From assembly GCA_963833095.1 (NCBI GenBank), contig CAWHWQ010000004.1, forward strand, positions 96,001 to 160,000: a stretch of 64,000 bases of DNA. Direction: 5' to 3'. The position numbers were made by a program, and so were the translations under genes. Shown here in pieces: positions 30,801 through 41,399 of the stretch. The DNA comes from Vulcanimicrobiota bacterium (GTDB lineage Bacteria > Vulcanimicrobiota > Vulcanimicrobiia > Vulcanimicrobiales > Vulcanimicrobiaceae). Numbering within the stretch: position 1 is the first letter of the stretch; every line of letters starts with the position of its first letter. The notes beneath the pieces were generated by a model, which saw only the letters and a program-made list of their open reading frames with translations, made no database searches and was not told the DNA's origin.

Positions 30801-32032
30801 TTGCAGAAATTCTGCGCGGCTGGCTCGAATCGAGCGGCCCGGTGACCGTCGACGAACTCGCCGAGCGCTTCGGCGTCGAGCCGCCAACGATCGACGCCGC
30901 GCTGATTCGGCTCGAGACCGAAGGCCAAGCTGCTGCGCGGCCGTTTCCGCGGCGGCGACGACCGAAGAATGGTGCAACCGCCGCGTCCTCGCGCGCATCC
31001 ATCGCCTCACGCTCGGCACGCTGCGGCGCGAGATCGAGCCGGTCACCACCGCCGAATACGTGCGCTTTCTGCATCGCTGGCAGCACGTCGCGCCGGCATC
31101 GCGCCTGCACGGCATCGACGGCACGCTGCAGGTCATCCGCCAGCTCGAAGGCTACGAAATTCCCGCCGCGGCGTGGGAGACGGCGATTCTGCCGGCACGC
31201 GTCGCCGGATACCAGCCGCGAGTATCTCGATCAGTTGTGCTATTCGGGCGAAGTGATGTGGGGACGGCTCTCGCCGCATCCGGCGCTGGCGCCGGCGACC
31301 GACGAACGCCAGCCGCCGCATTCGTCCGACGAAGCTCGCGCCGATCTCGCTGTTTGCGCGCGAAAACGCCGACGACGCTGATCGTCGCGCAACGACGAGG
31401 CGAGACGGCTGGCTCTCTCATGCCGCGGCGTGCGACGTGCTCGAGGAGATCGCCGGCGCGGCGCGCCGTTCTTCAGCCGACATCGTGCGCGGCACGAAAC
31501 GCCTGCCAGCCGAAGTCGAGGAAGCGCTGTGGCAACTCGTCGCCGCCGGGCTCGTCACCGCCGACGGCTTCGACGCGCTGCGCTCGCTCACCGACGCAAA
31601 GCGCCGCCTCGGCGAAAAGGGACTGCGCGCGCGGCCGCGCTCGTCGGGCGGCCGCTGGACGCTGCTCGCAGTCCGCGACGCGAGCGCATCGATGCGGATG
31701 CGTTCGCGCGGCGGTTGCTCGACGCGCTGGGGCGTCGTTTTCCGCGACGTCGTCGCGCGCGAAACGCTCGCGCCGCCGTGGCGCGAGCATGCTCGTTGCG
31801 CTGCGCCGCATGGAGGCGCGCGGCGAAATTCGCGGCGGCCGCTTCGTCGCATGGATTCGTCGGCGAACAGTTCGCGCTGCCCGACGCGATCGAAGCGCTG
31901 CGCGCCGCGCGCCGAAGCAACGACGACACCGCTCTTAGCGAGGTCAGCGCCTACGACCCGCTGCATCTGACCGGCATTGTGCTTCCTGGCTCGCGAACGG
32001 ACGCCACCGCCCCGGCTGAGATCAGTGCTTAG
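27889..32032 (+). CDS. lhr: Lhr-family (large helicase-related) DEAD/DEAH helicase, heavily frameshifted
   Basis: [77 protein letters not shown]. Confidence 0.9.
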
Positions 32033-32189
32033 AGCTCAGCCTAGAGATCTCGCTGACGTGCGCGTTTAGCTGCCGGCCAAGTAGATCGGCAGGGTATCGA
32101 TCAAGGCAGATACTGCTCCAACGCTAGCCTCCTGAAATCTACCAGATGTATCGACTCGCTCAAGGCTCCCGGTATGTTCGAGCACGGAC

Positions 32190-33643
32190 TCACGCTCGCT
32201 CGGCTTGGACTGCAATGGCGCGCGCCAAGCCGCCGAAGATGAACGCATGAAACGGCGCTACCGCATACCAGTAGAGTACACCGAAGAGGCCGCGCGGTTC
32301 GAAAAAGGCTGTTTGCGTCAGGCGCGTGGTGCCGTTCTGCAAGGCGTCGGCGTCGAATTCAAGCCACGCGTCACCGGGGAGTTTCATTTCGGCTCGCAGC
32401 CGCAACAGGTGGTCCGGCTCGTACGCCTCGACTCGCCAAAAATCCACCGCATCGCCCAATCGGAGATCGGTCTCGCTACGCCGTCCCCGTCGCAACCCAG
32501 CGCCTCCCACGGCCGTGTCCATGATGCCGCGCAGCCTCCACAGCCAATTCCCGTGCAGCCAGCCGCGTTGCCCACCGAGTTTCGTAAACACCGACGCAAG
32601 CGCGTGCGGCGACGCCTTGACTACGCGCTCCCGCCGATCGATAAGCATGCCCTCGCGAACGCCGGAGAAATTCGCTGGAAGTGCCGCGAACGTCGAACGC
32701 ATCGAACCACGTCGTTTCAGCACCACTGTCACGATCCAGAGCGCGCGTTACGGCACGGTCGAAGCCTTCGGGGACGATCTGCGGAAAATCCGCGGCCGCG
32801 GCACCGTCACGGACGATAACCTCGTTTCTCAATCCAAGGATTAGTGGCTGGGCAAGCCGCGCGGAGATCGGTGGTGACGACGTGCACCCAATATGATGAG
32901 AGTCGTGGTGTGAAAAAGGGAACGATAATGATGCGGCGCTTAAGATGGCGCAGACGCGCGTAGCGTAGCATCATGTCTCGATACGTGATCACGTCCGCTC
33001 CGCCTATCTCGTAGACTTTTGGCTCTTCCGAGGGAAGGCCGAGTGCCGCAATGAGGTAGAGAAGGACGTCGCGAACGGCGATCGGTTGCGAGAGCGTCGT
33101 CACCCAGCGAGGCGCGATCATCACCGGCAGGCGTTCCGCGAGATAGCGCATCATTTCGAAGGAGATGCTGCCGCTGCCGATGATCATCGCCGCGCGAAAC
33201 TCGATGCACTGCACGCCGCTCGCGCGCAAGATATCGCCGACTTCGTGCCGGCTGCGCAAATGATGCGAGAGCTCCACGTTGTCGGTTCCGAGACCACCGA
33301 GGTAGATGATGCGCTGCACGTGGCATTCGCGAGCGACTTGTGCAAAAAGGCTAGCAGCAGCGCGATCGCGCTGTTCGAACTCGCGCGAGTCGCTCATGGA
33401 ATGGACGAGATAGTAGGCGGCGTCGATACCTTCACACGCTGCGCGCAGGCTCTGCTTGTCAAAAGCGTCGCCTTCGACGATCTCGGCGTGAGGAAACCGG
33501 CCATCGAGGCGCTTGGCATTGCGAGCCATGCAGCGCACATTGTATCCGGCTTCGAGGAGACGCGGAATCAGGCGCCCCCCGATGTAGCCGGTCGCGCCGG
33601 TCACCAGAATCAGCCGCGTCGAGGTTGGTTGTTGGGACAGCAC
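32190..33643 (-). CDS. NAD(P)-binding SDR/epimerase fused to DUF2867 (frameshift near 32850)
   Basis: ILVTGATGYIGGRL, YYLVHSM, IIGSGSISFE; C-terminal LRLGDAVDFWRVE..LRLRAEMKLPG..YWY. Confidence 0.85.
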
Positions 33644-34208
33644 TGACTACTCTCTCTCGATGCCTCGATTTGCTCTGCGCCATCGGGCGTCCGGTCCTTG
33701 ACGTGCGCGAAGCATACCGCGGTTCAGACCAAGCGCGGGATAGCTTAAACCATGACCCGCCGCGAATTATCGCCATGCATAGCCCAACGGTCCGCAGCTT
33801 TACGATGCGAAGATCGATTGCCAGTGGCCCTAGCTATTGCCCAACTAGTGCGCGAAGCAGCCATCTCGCATGCAGCGTCAAGAGCGCCGCGCATCCCATG
33901 AGAAAGAACAGTACCGCAGTGCCCTTCATCAAAACTTCCAGAACTGCGGGAGACTGGAAGCCTGGAATCCTGATCATCGACCCGAAAACTTGGTCATCTA
34001 CGCTGTCACTGTACTCAGGCAACGGATGTCTTACCAATGGCTCTTCTCCTCAGATTGGTCTAAGGCTTTTGAAACTGGCGACGGTACGAGCACTCCGCTG
34101 CAAAGTGGGTTCGATGAGCTCGCTTTGCCGTTCGTACGTGCCATGCCGCCGGACGTATCCGACCATGCGGGGACACCGCCTTTCGCATCCCCTTGAGAAC
34201 GCGCCGCC

Positions 34209-35201
34209 CTAGGTCGCTGCCATTGATGCTGGGCCGAGCAAGTCGACGCCGGAGACCTTGACGACGGCCTGCCACGCGGCTTCTTGGCTGGCGCGATCGT
34301 GGAGGTGTGGGTGGCGCTGCGCCTCAATTGGGCCTGAGAATTTCCCTTGAGCCGAGGCGAAGAATTGCCCTGAGACGTCGGCTCCGAACCCTGACGCCTG
34401 GAGGTACCGACGGGCCGCCGTCTCCGGCGTCTGATTCATGCCGGGAATGAGGTTCGAGATTGGGATAAACAGATATTTCAACGCCGGGCCAGCGTTTCGC
34501 ACCACCTTGGTGTCGGTCGCCGCGCCGGGTGAGACAGCGTACACGGCCATGCCGGAGGGTAGCCGGCGCGCCAGCGCCGCGACCCACCAAGCGATAATGA
34601 GCTTCGCGTCGGCATACGCCCGGTTGGGCTCGTACTTAACGTTCGGCCCGCTGTACAACAGGGCTTCAATTGCGGCGGTTCGGTCACCATGGTGGTATTT
34701 GGCCGCGAAGGCTGGCACGTCGGTGTAGCTGAACATGGGCACGCCCCCTCGGGCCGGCTCCGCACCGGCGATAACAATCCGCGCATCGGGGCTCAGCAGG
34801 CCGGCGCCGAGCAAGCCGACGGTCAGTTGATGATGGCCGATGAGCGGGGCCTCATGCGCCTCGATACCCGCTGCGGTGATCACGCGCTTCTTACCCCCGA
34901 TCATCCCTGCATTTAGCAGAAGGAAATCGATCGGCTGACCCCGCTTGACCAGCTCGGCGAGGGCGGATTGAACGCTGGTCGGCGCGTCCAGATCCAGCTC
35001 CAGCGGCGTGAAAACCTGTTTCTTGGTCTCAGCCGCGAGTTGAGCGGCCGTTTCCTGGACTCGGGCCAGGCTGCGCCCGGTGACGATGACCTCGCGGTAG
35101 TCCTTTTCGGCGAGCAAGCTGGCTGCCGCATAACCGAGCCCGGAAGTGGTGCCGGTGACGAGGGCGATCGAATGTTCCATGGGCGTCTCCATTATTGCCA
35201 A
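34209..35201 (-). CDS. Short-chain dehydrogenase/reductase
   Basis: LVTGTTSGLG, LLNAG, YADAK (YxxxK). Confidence 0.85.
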   Translation of the reverse strand: MAIMETPMEHSIALVTGTTSGLGYAAASLLAEKDYREVIVTGRSLARVQETAAQLAAETKKQVFTPLELDLDAPTSVQSALAELVKRGQPIDFLLLNAGMIGGKKRVITAAGIEAHEAPLIGHHQLTVGLLGAGLLSPDARIVIAGAEPARGGVPMFSYTDVPAFAAKYHHGDRTAAIEALLYSGPNVKYEPNRAYADAKLIIAWWVAALARRLPSGMAVYAVSPGAATDTKVVRNAGPALKYLFIPISNLIPGMNQTPETAARRYLQASGFGADVSGQFFASAQGKFSGPIEAQRHPHLHDRASQEAAWQAVVKVSGVDLLGPASMAAT

Positions 35202-35261
35202 TTTCGAACCTTTCCGTACTATAATGGATCAGATGACCAAGGGCAAGGAATTTCGAACTAA

Positions 35262-35867
35262 ATGATTCAAAAAGCGGCCAGGCCGCGTGGCCGGCCGCGC
35301 AGCTTCAACGAGAGCGCCGCGCTGGAAAAAGCGATCCACGTCTTCTGGTCTAAGGGCTACGACCGAGTGACGGTCGACGATCTGGTCGCCGGGATGGGAG
35401 TCGGGCGACCAAGCCTGTATTCAATTTTTGGGTCCAAGCGGAGCATATTCTTGCGTGTCCTCCAGGCGTACGCCGACAGGAAGGGCGCTGTCTCCGCGAA
35501 GGCACTGCTCTCGCCGAAGGCTCTGCGCGATTCGCTGGTCGCCTTCCTAAAGCACGAAGTAGAAACTGCGACCGAAAAAGGATCCGCCCCGGGATGTCTT
35601 CTCTTGTGCGTCGCGCCGCTCGTGGACGATGCTGAGGTTCGGCAGTTTTTGCAAAACGCGGAGCATGGCGCCTTGGCGCTAGTGGAAAGCCGTTTTCGCG
35701 ACGCGATCAGCGCGGGAGAAATCGCATCGGACTTTCCAGTCGCCGCGCGCGCGAGCCAGGTCCTCGACCTTGTCCGCGGTCTGACGATGCGTGCACGGAT
35801 GGGCACATCGCGCAAAAAGCTCCTCAATGACGCCAAGGAAGCGGCCGACTTGGTACTCTTGCAATGA
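35262..35867 (+). CDS. TetR/AcrR family regulator
   Basis: RGRPRSF...FWSKGY...GVGRPSLYSIFGSK, PGCL. Confidence 0.9.
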   Translation: MIQKAARPRGRPRSFNESAALEKAIHVFWSKGYDRVTVDDLVAGMGVGRPSLYSIFGSKRSIFLRVLQAYADRKGAVSAKALLSPKALRDSLVAFLKHEVETATEKGSAPGCLLLCVAPLVDDAEVRQFLQNAEHGALALVESRFRDAISAGEIASDFPVAARASQVLDLVRGLTMRARMGTSRKKLLNDAKEAADLVLLQ

Positions 35868-36622
35868 GCGCGCGCGGAGACTGCAGCGGCGACGCGATCC
35901 TCCTTGCGGGCGCCACCGGCCGCATCGGCGCCGCGACGCTGACGGCCCTGGTCCGCGAAGGCGCGCGAGTCGTGGTCATCTCGCGCGACCGGGCGCGCGC
36001 ACTGGCGACGATCGACGCAGCCCTCTCGCCCGAAGCGCGAGCCGGCGCCCACGCGATCGAAGCCGATCTGTCAAATCCCGACGATGCTGAACGGGCCGTT
36101 TCCGCGACGGTCGCGCGGTTCGGCCGGATCGACGCACTGGTCAATCTCGCCGGCAGCGGGTTCGGGCAAATTACCTTTGCTGAATCGTCGCTGAGCGATC
36201 TGCGAGGGAATCTTGATTCATTCGTGGTGACGGCGTACACGATTGCGTCTGCTGCCGTGCGCGCGATGCTCGCGCAAGCATATCGCGAAGGCGCGCGTTC
36301 GCGCGGGCGGATCGTGACGGTGACCGCCGGCTCCTCGAAGGATCCCGCGCCCGGCCGCGCCCTCTTCGGTGCCGCCAAGGCGGCGGTGAACACGTTGATG
36401 CTCGGCGTTGCGCGCGATCATAAGGGCGACGGCATTGTAGCCAACGCCGTAGTGCTCGGGGGCGTTGCGTTCGCGGGCGCCCAGGCCTATCGCAGCCCTG
36501 AGGAGTTTGCTGAAGCCGCCGCGCCAGAAGAAGTCGCAGAGGTGCTGACGTTCCTCGCATCCGAACGCGCCACCGGGATTAACGGCGCGCTCATCGATCT
36601 CAACGCGCGCGAGACGGACTAG
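35864..36622 (+). CDS. SDR family oxidoreductase (catalytic Tyr replaced by Phe)
   Basis: LAGATGRIG, FGRIDALVNLAG, FGAAKAA. Confidence 0.8.
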   Translation: MSARGDCSGDAILLAGATGRIGAATLTALVREGARVVVISRDRARALATIDAALSPEARAGAHAIEADLSNPDDAERAVSATVARFGRIDALVNLAGSGFGQITFAESSLSDLRGNLDSFVVTAYTIASAAVRAMLAQAYREGARSRGRIVTVTAGSSKDPAPGRALFGAAKAAVNTLMLGVARDHKGDGIVANAVVLGGVAFAGAQAYRSPEEFAEAAAPEEVAEVLTFLASERATGINGALIDLNARETD

Positions 36623-38033
36623 ACTTCTCAAGCCCTACGTGGCGCACAATAGTTAACGGTGGCTGTTTCCACTCGCCGTCTAATATCGATTCTTTCGGCC
36701 AATACAAACGCATGAGTATGAAGAACGGGCCGGCGGGGGCGGGTAGCCAGTTGGACTCCTTACCTTTTCCGGGCGAACTGTTCCCGACGTACAAGGTTAG
36801 GCCGCCGTCGGCATCGCGCTTCAGGGTCGGAAGCATTGGCGAATTTATGAGATATCGCTTAAGCGGATTTGCGACAAGGAGTTGTTTAGGCAGGTTGTAC
36901 ATCGTCAGTGACCAGAACGCGTTGACTGGCGGAAGATTACCCTTTGCGAAACGAATAGAGTAATTCTTCGCACCGTCGAGCGGTACTCCGTTGGAATCTT
37001 TTGAGTAGTTGAGATACGTTGCCTCTGCGGCGTCGTTTGCAAAGATGCCCCACTGTGCGCCCAAAGCCCGATTCAGGTAGTTCGTCCCCATTTTCTGAGG
37101 GGAACCGAAGAGATCCGCCGTGGTCGTCATATGCGCGCGAGCAACATCGATCGTTTTTTGCCCCGCTGCCATGCCGGCCACATATGCACTCGTCTGAGGC
37201 CCGGCGTCGAATGTCTTACCTGGAACAATTCCAATGCTCGCGAAGTCTTTTCTGAGCGTCATTTCGCTGCTTCGGGTCGGCGCGAATTGCAAAACGAATG
37301 CGAGAACATTAAAGAATGCCGGCGACGTCCTTTCTTCGGTTGCACTCAGTGCGGGAATCCATCTCACGACAGGAGCGGGCGGCGGTGCTGCTGTCCGAAC
37401 GTACGCCGAGAGCGGCTCGACGGCGTATCCAGCTTGAATCTTCCTCACGTTGTCGAGATCGGATGCACCCAAAAGCTGCGTCCGAATCGCTACCACGCCA
37501 AATTGCGTATCGAAGCGAATCACTTTGGTGATGCTGCTTGGAGCGGTGCCATGCCAACTGGGCCCCGTAACCAAAATCTTGCTGCCGCCATTTCCCGTCG
37601 TCCGAGTCCCAGCGTAACCAACGTTAAACGTGTACTGATCGATGAATTGCATCGAATAATACCGGTTCTTCCCAATCGGCGGCATTGTCACTACGAGCGG
37701 CTCGGCGCGCATGTCGAGGCCAATATATCCGTACGGCGTGTCCGAGTTCGGCGTCTGAATCGTCGTGTCGGCTGGGGTATAGACGTTTGATTCGCTGTAG
37801 ATTTTGTTGAATGGGACCTTGAACACCGGACTCTTCGGATAAATGAAATAGGCGAACATAACGCGGTACATATCTACGATCGGAAAACCGTAAACGTACG
37901 CCTGATCGGCGATCGCTTGCGTTTGGGACGCCGGCGCCGACTTCGCGGGTCCTCCCGATAGTAATGCCGCGAACGACAGCGCTGCGACGAGAGCTACGAC
38001 CGTCGTCCGGCGCGCGATCCGTGGATTTGACAC
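36600..38033 (-). CDS. Secreted DUF1254/DUF1214 protein
   Basis: AYVYGFP, TPNSDTPY, RYYSMQFID, PPVNAFWSLTMY, NWLPAP, RLYWP. Confidence 0.9.
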   Translation of the reverse strand: MSNPRIARRTTVVALVAALSFAALLSGGPAKSAPASQTQAIADQAYVYGFPIVDMYRVMFAYFIYPKSPVFKVPFNKIYSESNVYTPADTTIQTPNSDTPYGYIGLDMRAEPLVVTMPPIGKNRYYSMQFIDQYTFNVGYAGTRTTGNGGSKILVTGPSWHGTAPSSITKVIRFDTQFGVVAIRTQLLGASDLDNVRKIQAGYAVEPLSAYVRTAAPPPAPVVRWIPALSATEERTSPAFFNVLAFVLQFAPTRSSEMTLRKDFASIGIVPGKTFDAGPQTSAYVAGMAAGQKTIDVARAHMTTTADLFGSPQKMGTNYLNRALGAQWGIFANDAAEATYLNYSKDSNGVPLDGAKNYSIRFAKGNLPPVNAFWSLTMYNLPKQLLVANPLKRYLINSPMLPTLKRDADGGLTLYVGNSSPGKGKESNWLPAPAGPFFILMRLYWPKESILDGEWKQPPLTIVRHVGLEKSSPSRAR

Positions 38034-38072
38034 GTGAATGGCTCCTTTTTAGCGTTCTCTCGTTGCGATCGT

Positions 38073-39464
38073 CTATTGCGTGACGGTCATCGGCGGCTGC
38101 TTCCACACCCCGCTTAAGGCCGAAGCTTTCGGCGAGTAGATACGGAGAATGACAAAGAACTGGCCGGCAGGCGCAGGAAGCCAGTTGGACTCCTTGTCTT
38201 TGCCGGGTGAAGCGTTTTGGACGTACACGGTTAAGCCGCCGTCCGCGTCGCGCTTGAGGTTTGGGAGCATCGGCGAGTTAATCAGGTAACGATTGATCGG
38301 ATTCGCGACGAGCAGCTGCTGCGGCAGATCGTACATCGTCATCGACCAAAATGCATTGGCCGGTGGAAGTTCGCCCTTCGCATAATGCACCGTGTATTTG
38401 TTCGTACCGACGAGCGGACCGCTCGAGGTGTGTGTCCACACGAGGTACAGGGCTTCCGTTGCCGTGTTTCCCAGAATGCCGTACTGCGCGGCCATCGCAC
38501 GAGTTAAATAGTTATTGTGCATTTCTTCGGGCGTTCCGAAGAACCCGGCCGAACTTGTGGCGGCAGCGCGGGCGACGTCAATCGCTTTCTGCCCAGCCGT
38601 CATTCCGGCCAGATATGCCGCTGTTTGCGATCCCGAATTAAACGGTTTTCCCGGGGAGATTCCGATGCTAGCAAAACTCTGTCGAAGCGCCACTTCGCTC
38701 GATCGCGTCGGGCAGAATTGCAGAATATAGGCCAGTAGACTGAAGAATTGCGTTGGCGACGATCGTTCTTCTGAAGGCGTGAGTGCGGGGAGCCAGTGTA
38801 CCTTTGGCGCGGCCGCCGGTGCAGCGGTGTGCGCATATGAAGACAGGGTTTGAGCCGCATAGCCTGCCTGAATTTTCTTGACGTTCGCGAGATCAGAAGG
38901 CCCAAACAGCTGCGTGCGGATGAACGTTAATCCGAAGTCTGTGTCAAAACGAATGACTTTCTTGATACCGCTCGGTACCGTGCCGTGCCAATTTGGCCCA
39001 ATGATCAGGAAGGCTCCACCGCCGTTACCCGTCGTGCGCGTACCGACGTATGCGATGTTGAAAGTGTACTCATCGACAAACTGCACGGAATAATATCGGT
39101 TGCTCTGGATCGGCGGCAGCGTCAGAACCACCGGCTCGGCGCGCAAGTCGAGCCCCACGTACGAGTACGGTGTGTCCGAGTTCGGCGTCTGAATCGTTGT
39201 GTCGGCCGGTGTGTAGACGTTTGCCGTGTTGTAGAGCGTGTTGAAGGGGGCCTTATAGGCCGGATTTTTCGGATCGACAAAATATCCGTACATGATCCGA
39301 TACAAGTCGACCATAGGAAAGCCGTAGATATACGCTTGTTCGGCGACCTTACTTGTTTGTGCGGCAGCCGCATTTTGGGCTCGCGCAATTGGCATAGCTA
39401 TTGCAGCCGAGAGCGCGATTGTACCCGCGATTGTCGCGATAAGTCTAACCTTGCAGCCATGCAT
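38073..39464 (-). CDS. Secreted DUF1254/DUF1214 protein (tandem paralog)
   Basis: Same motifs as the neighbour, with long near-identical blocks (NVYTPADTTIQTPNSDTPY, RYLINSPMLP). Confidence 0.9.
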   Translation of the reverse strand: MHGCKVRLIATIAGTIALSAAIAMPIARAQNAAAAQTSKVAEQAYIYGFPMVDLYRIMYGYFVDPKNPAYKAPFNTLYNTANVYTPADTTIQTPNSDTPYSYVGLDLRAEPVVLTLPPIQSNRYYSVQFVDEYTFNIAYVGTRTTGNGGGAFLIIGPNWHGTVPSGIKKVIRFDTDFGLTFIRTQLFGPSDLANVKKIQAGYAAQTLSSYAHTAAPAAAPKVHWLPALTPSEERSSPTQFFSLLAYILQFCPTRSSEVALRQSFASIGISPGKPFNSGSQTAAYLAGMTAGQKAIDVARAAATSSAGFFGTPEEMHNNYLTRAMAAQYGILGNTATEALYLVWTHTSSGPLVGTNKYTVHYAKGELPPANAFWSMTMYDLPQQLLVANPINRYLINSPMLPNLKRDADGGLTVYVQNASPGKDKESNWLPAPAGQFFVILRIYSPKASALSGVWKQPPMTVTQ

Positions 39465-39783
39465 TAGCTATTGGGCCTCCTTGAGTAATTCGGGGACCCC
39501 AATCCCGCGCTCGACAGCGACGGAGTTGGCGGATTCTGCGTACCAGCGGTCAAAAAGCGTACAGCAAAACCTCTTGTCGAACACTCCAAGAATCGCATTG
39601 GTGGGTAGATTGGCGAAATAGCCCGCTCGATCAGACGAACGGTCAGCCCGAGGCCGCTGCCGCTGGCGACCTTCTTCACCTCCCGGTTTTGGCTAGTTGT
39701 CGGCCGACGGCACGCGGGACGTTTTGTCCTTGCGTATAAGGGGATGGTGACGCCCATGAGCGCACCCGCTGAAAGGGGACCTT

Positions 39784-40054
39784 ATGAAAAAAGCGTTTTT
39801 CGTGCTGCTAAGCCTGGTTATTCCGCTGGCCTGGAACGCTCCAGCCCCGCTACGTGAAGGCGGGCGCGAACTTCGCCGGCTCGGTCGATTGGAGCGACGA
39901 CAAAGTACGCGCTGAAGTGACTCGCAACACCTACTGCACCGGCGGACACATCGTGGACGTCGAGGTCGCCTATCACGACGCAAGCACGGTCCCGCACGTG
40001 CAGCGTACGGCGACCTTGCAAAGTGATAGCCGCTTTTACATCACTATCCGCTGA
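39784..40054 (+). pseudogene. Internally deleted/frameshifted small secreted protein, paralog of 63109-63489
   Basis: RBS plus signal peptide MKKAFFVLLSLVIPLAWNAPA, then in another frame PRYVKAG...KVRAEVTRNTYC. Confidence 0.6.
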
Positions 40055-40151
40055 GTACCGGCTCGATATTCTCTAATCTTGTCCTCGGAAAGCTCTCCGC
40101 CGCTTGTCCGAAATCGCTCGTACACTAAGCGTGAAAGTGAGGTAGGCGGAG

Positions 40152-40298
40152 ATGAATGGCTTGATGGTTTTCAACAGTTTGAGCGAGGCGATCCACTACG
40201 GCTTTCAGGTCTGCGGAGAGTGCCCGGACGGCTACCTCGTGCGAACGCGTACGGAGCGCGGCTGGGCGATGGCCATCGCGCGCGCCTCGGGCCTCTAA
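40152..40298 (+). CDS. 48-aa small protein missing from the ORF track
   Basis: MNGLMVFNSLSEAIHYGFQVCGECPDGYLVRTRTERGWAMAIARASGL; GAGG/GGAG upstream; stop overlaps the convergent gene's stop. Confidence 0.65.
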   Translation: MNGLMVFNSLSEAIHYGFQVCGECPDGYLVRTRTERGWAMAIARASGL

Positions 40299-41309
40299 CT
40301 CGCAAAGAGCTGGGCCAGCGCCGGATCCATCGCTTCTTCTGAAACCTCGACGGCGTCAGCGCCGAAGTTGTTGAGCGTGCCGCGTTTGTAGTTAGCGGTT
40401 CCCAGGGCCTTCGCAAGGACAACGCCACTGCAGCCGACGACGTCGAGGCGCAGTTCGGCATACGAATCGCCGTGAAAGCTGGATTGTTCGATTCGCAGAG
40501 CCGGAACGATGATCGCGCTCGCACCCGCAGCCGAGCAAAGTGATTGCGCGGTAGCGATGACGGTCAGGCGATCCATCGGCGCTGCGGCCGTCGCGGTGAT
40601 CTTTCGCATCTCGAGCTTGTCCATGAACGAGTGCATGATCTCCTCGGCGTGCGGATCGGCGAGTCCGGGCTGCGCGAACGGCACGACGAGGTATTTTGCC
40701 GCTGGGTCCAAGTGCGCGACCGATGCCGGCGGGGCCGCCGCTGGGCTCGCCGGAGGATAGTCGGCAATCGTGGCTTGCGCGAATGCAGAGGTTGCATCAC
40801 CGATCGCGCCGTTGAAAGCATCGTCGACCACGGCTTGAAGGTTGGAGCTGGAGAAACCCGAGGTGTTGCGGTCCGCGGTCGTCGTCTTCGACCAATGGAC
40901 GATCCCATCGCAGCCGATTTCGTCGAGACGGAACTCCACGTGAGTCGGGTATCGAATGACCGTCGTAAGAACCGCATAAACCGACTTCATGGTTTGCTCA
41001 TCTCGTCCCTCGGCGATGAGGAGCCCGTCCGCGTGGTATTGCGCGCACAACGACCCAGCCTGTTGCACCGCTTCGAGATGATCGATCGGCGCTCGCCGTC
41101 GTTACCGTCACGTGCGCGGCTTGAAGATCTTTGGTGAGATCGCTCATGACGGCGCTCGCATGCTCATCTTTGCCATCCGGCTGATCGTAGGGAATCAGCA
41201 CGTAGGTTTTTCCCGGCGCTGCCGGCGCGGGCGTTTGCGCGTCGGCGTTTGCAACGCCGGCGATCGCGAGGGCAAATGCAAATAGCACGAACTTCAACAT
41301 GAACCTCAT
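40295..41309 (-). CDS. Secreted protein with two internally repeated alpha/beta domains (frameshift near 41080)
   Basis: Signal peptide; TYVLIPYDQP...SLC...EFRLDEIGCDG repeats as KYLVVPFAQP...SLC...ELRLDVVGCSG. Confidence 0.7.
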
Positions 41310-41399
41310 CTTTCGACATCGACCTGACAGCGGCCTGACATCGGCCTCGAGCGCACTTTTTACCAAGACCGAAGACGGCGCAATGCTATACTAAACGCA

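Noticed and set aside
33650..34205. Several short ORFs between the DUF2867 gene and the SDR
   Set aside because: No recognisable motifs and the frames conflict; probably decayed sequence.
39620..39695. Minus-strand GSGLGL peptide suggesting a histidine-kinase remnant
   Set aside because: Too short to support a call.
39739..39782. GGGGATGGTGACGCCC...GCTGA resembling a fluoride riboswitch
   Set aside because: Only a partial match; the pseudoknot 3' strand is not evident and the downstream gene is unrelated.
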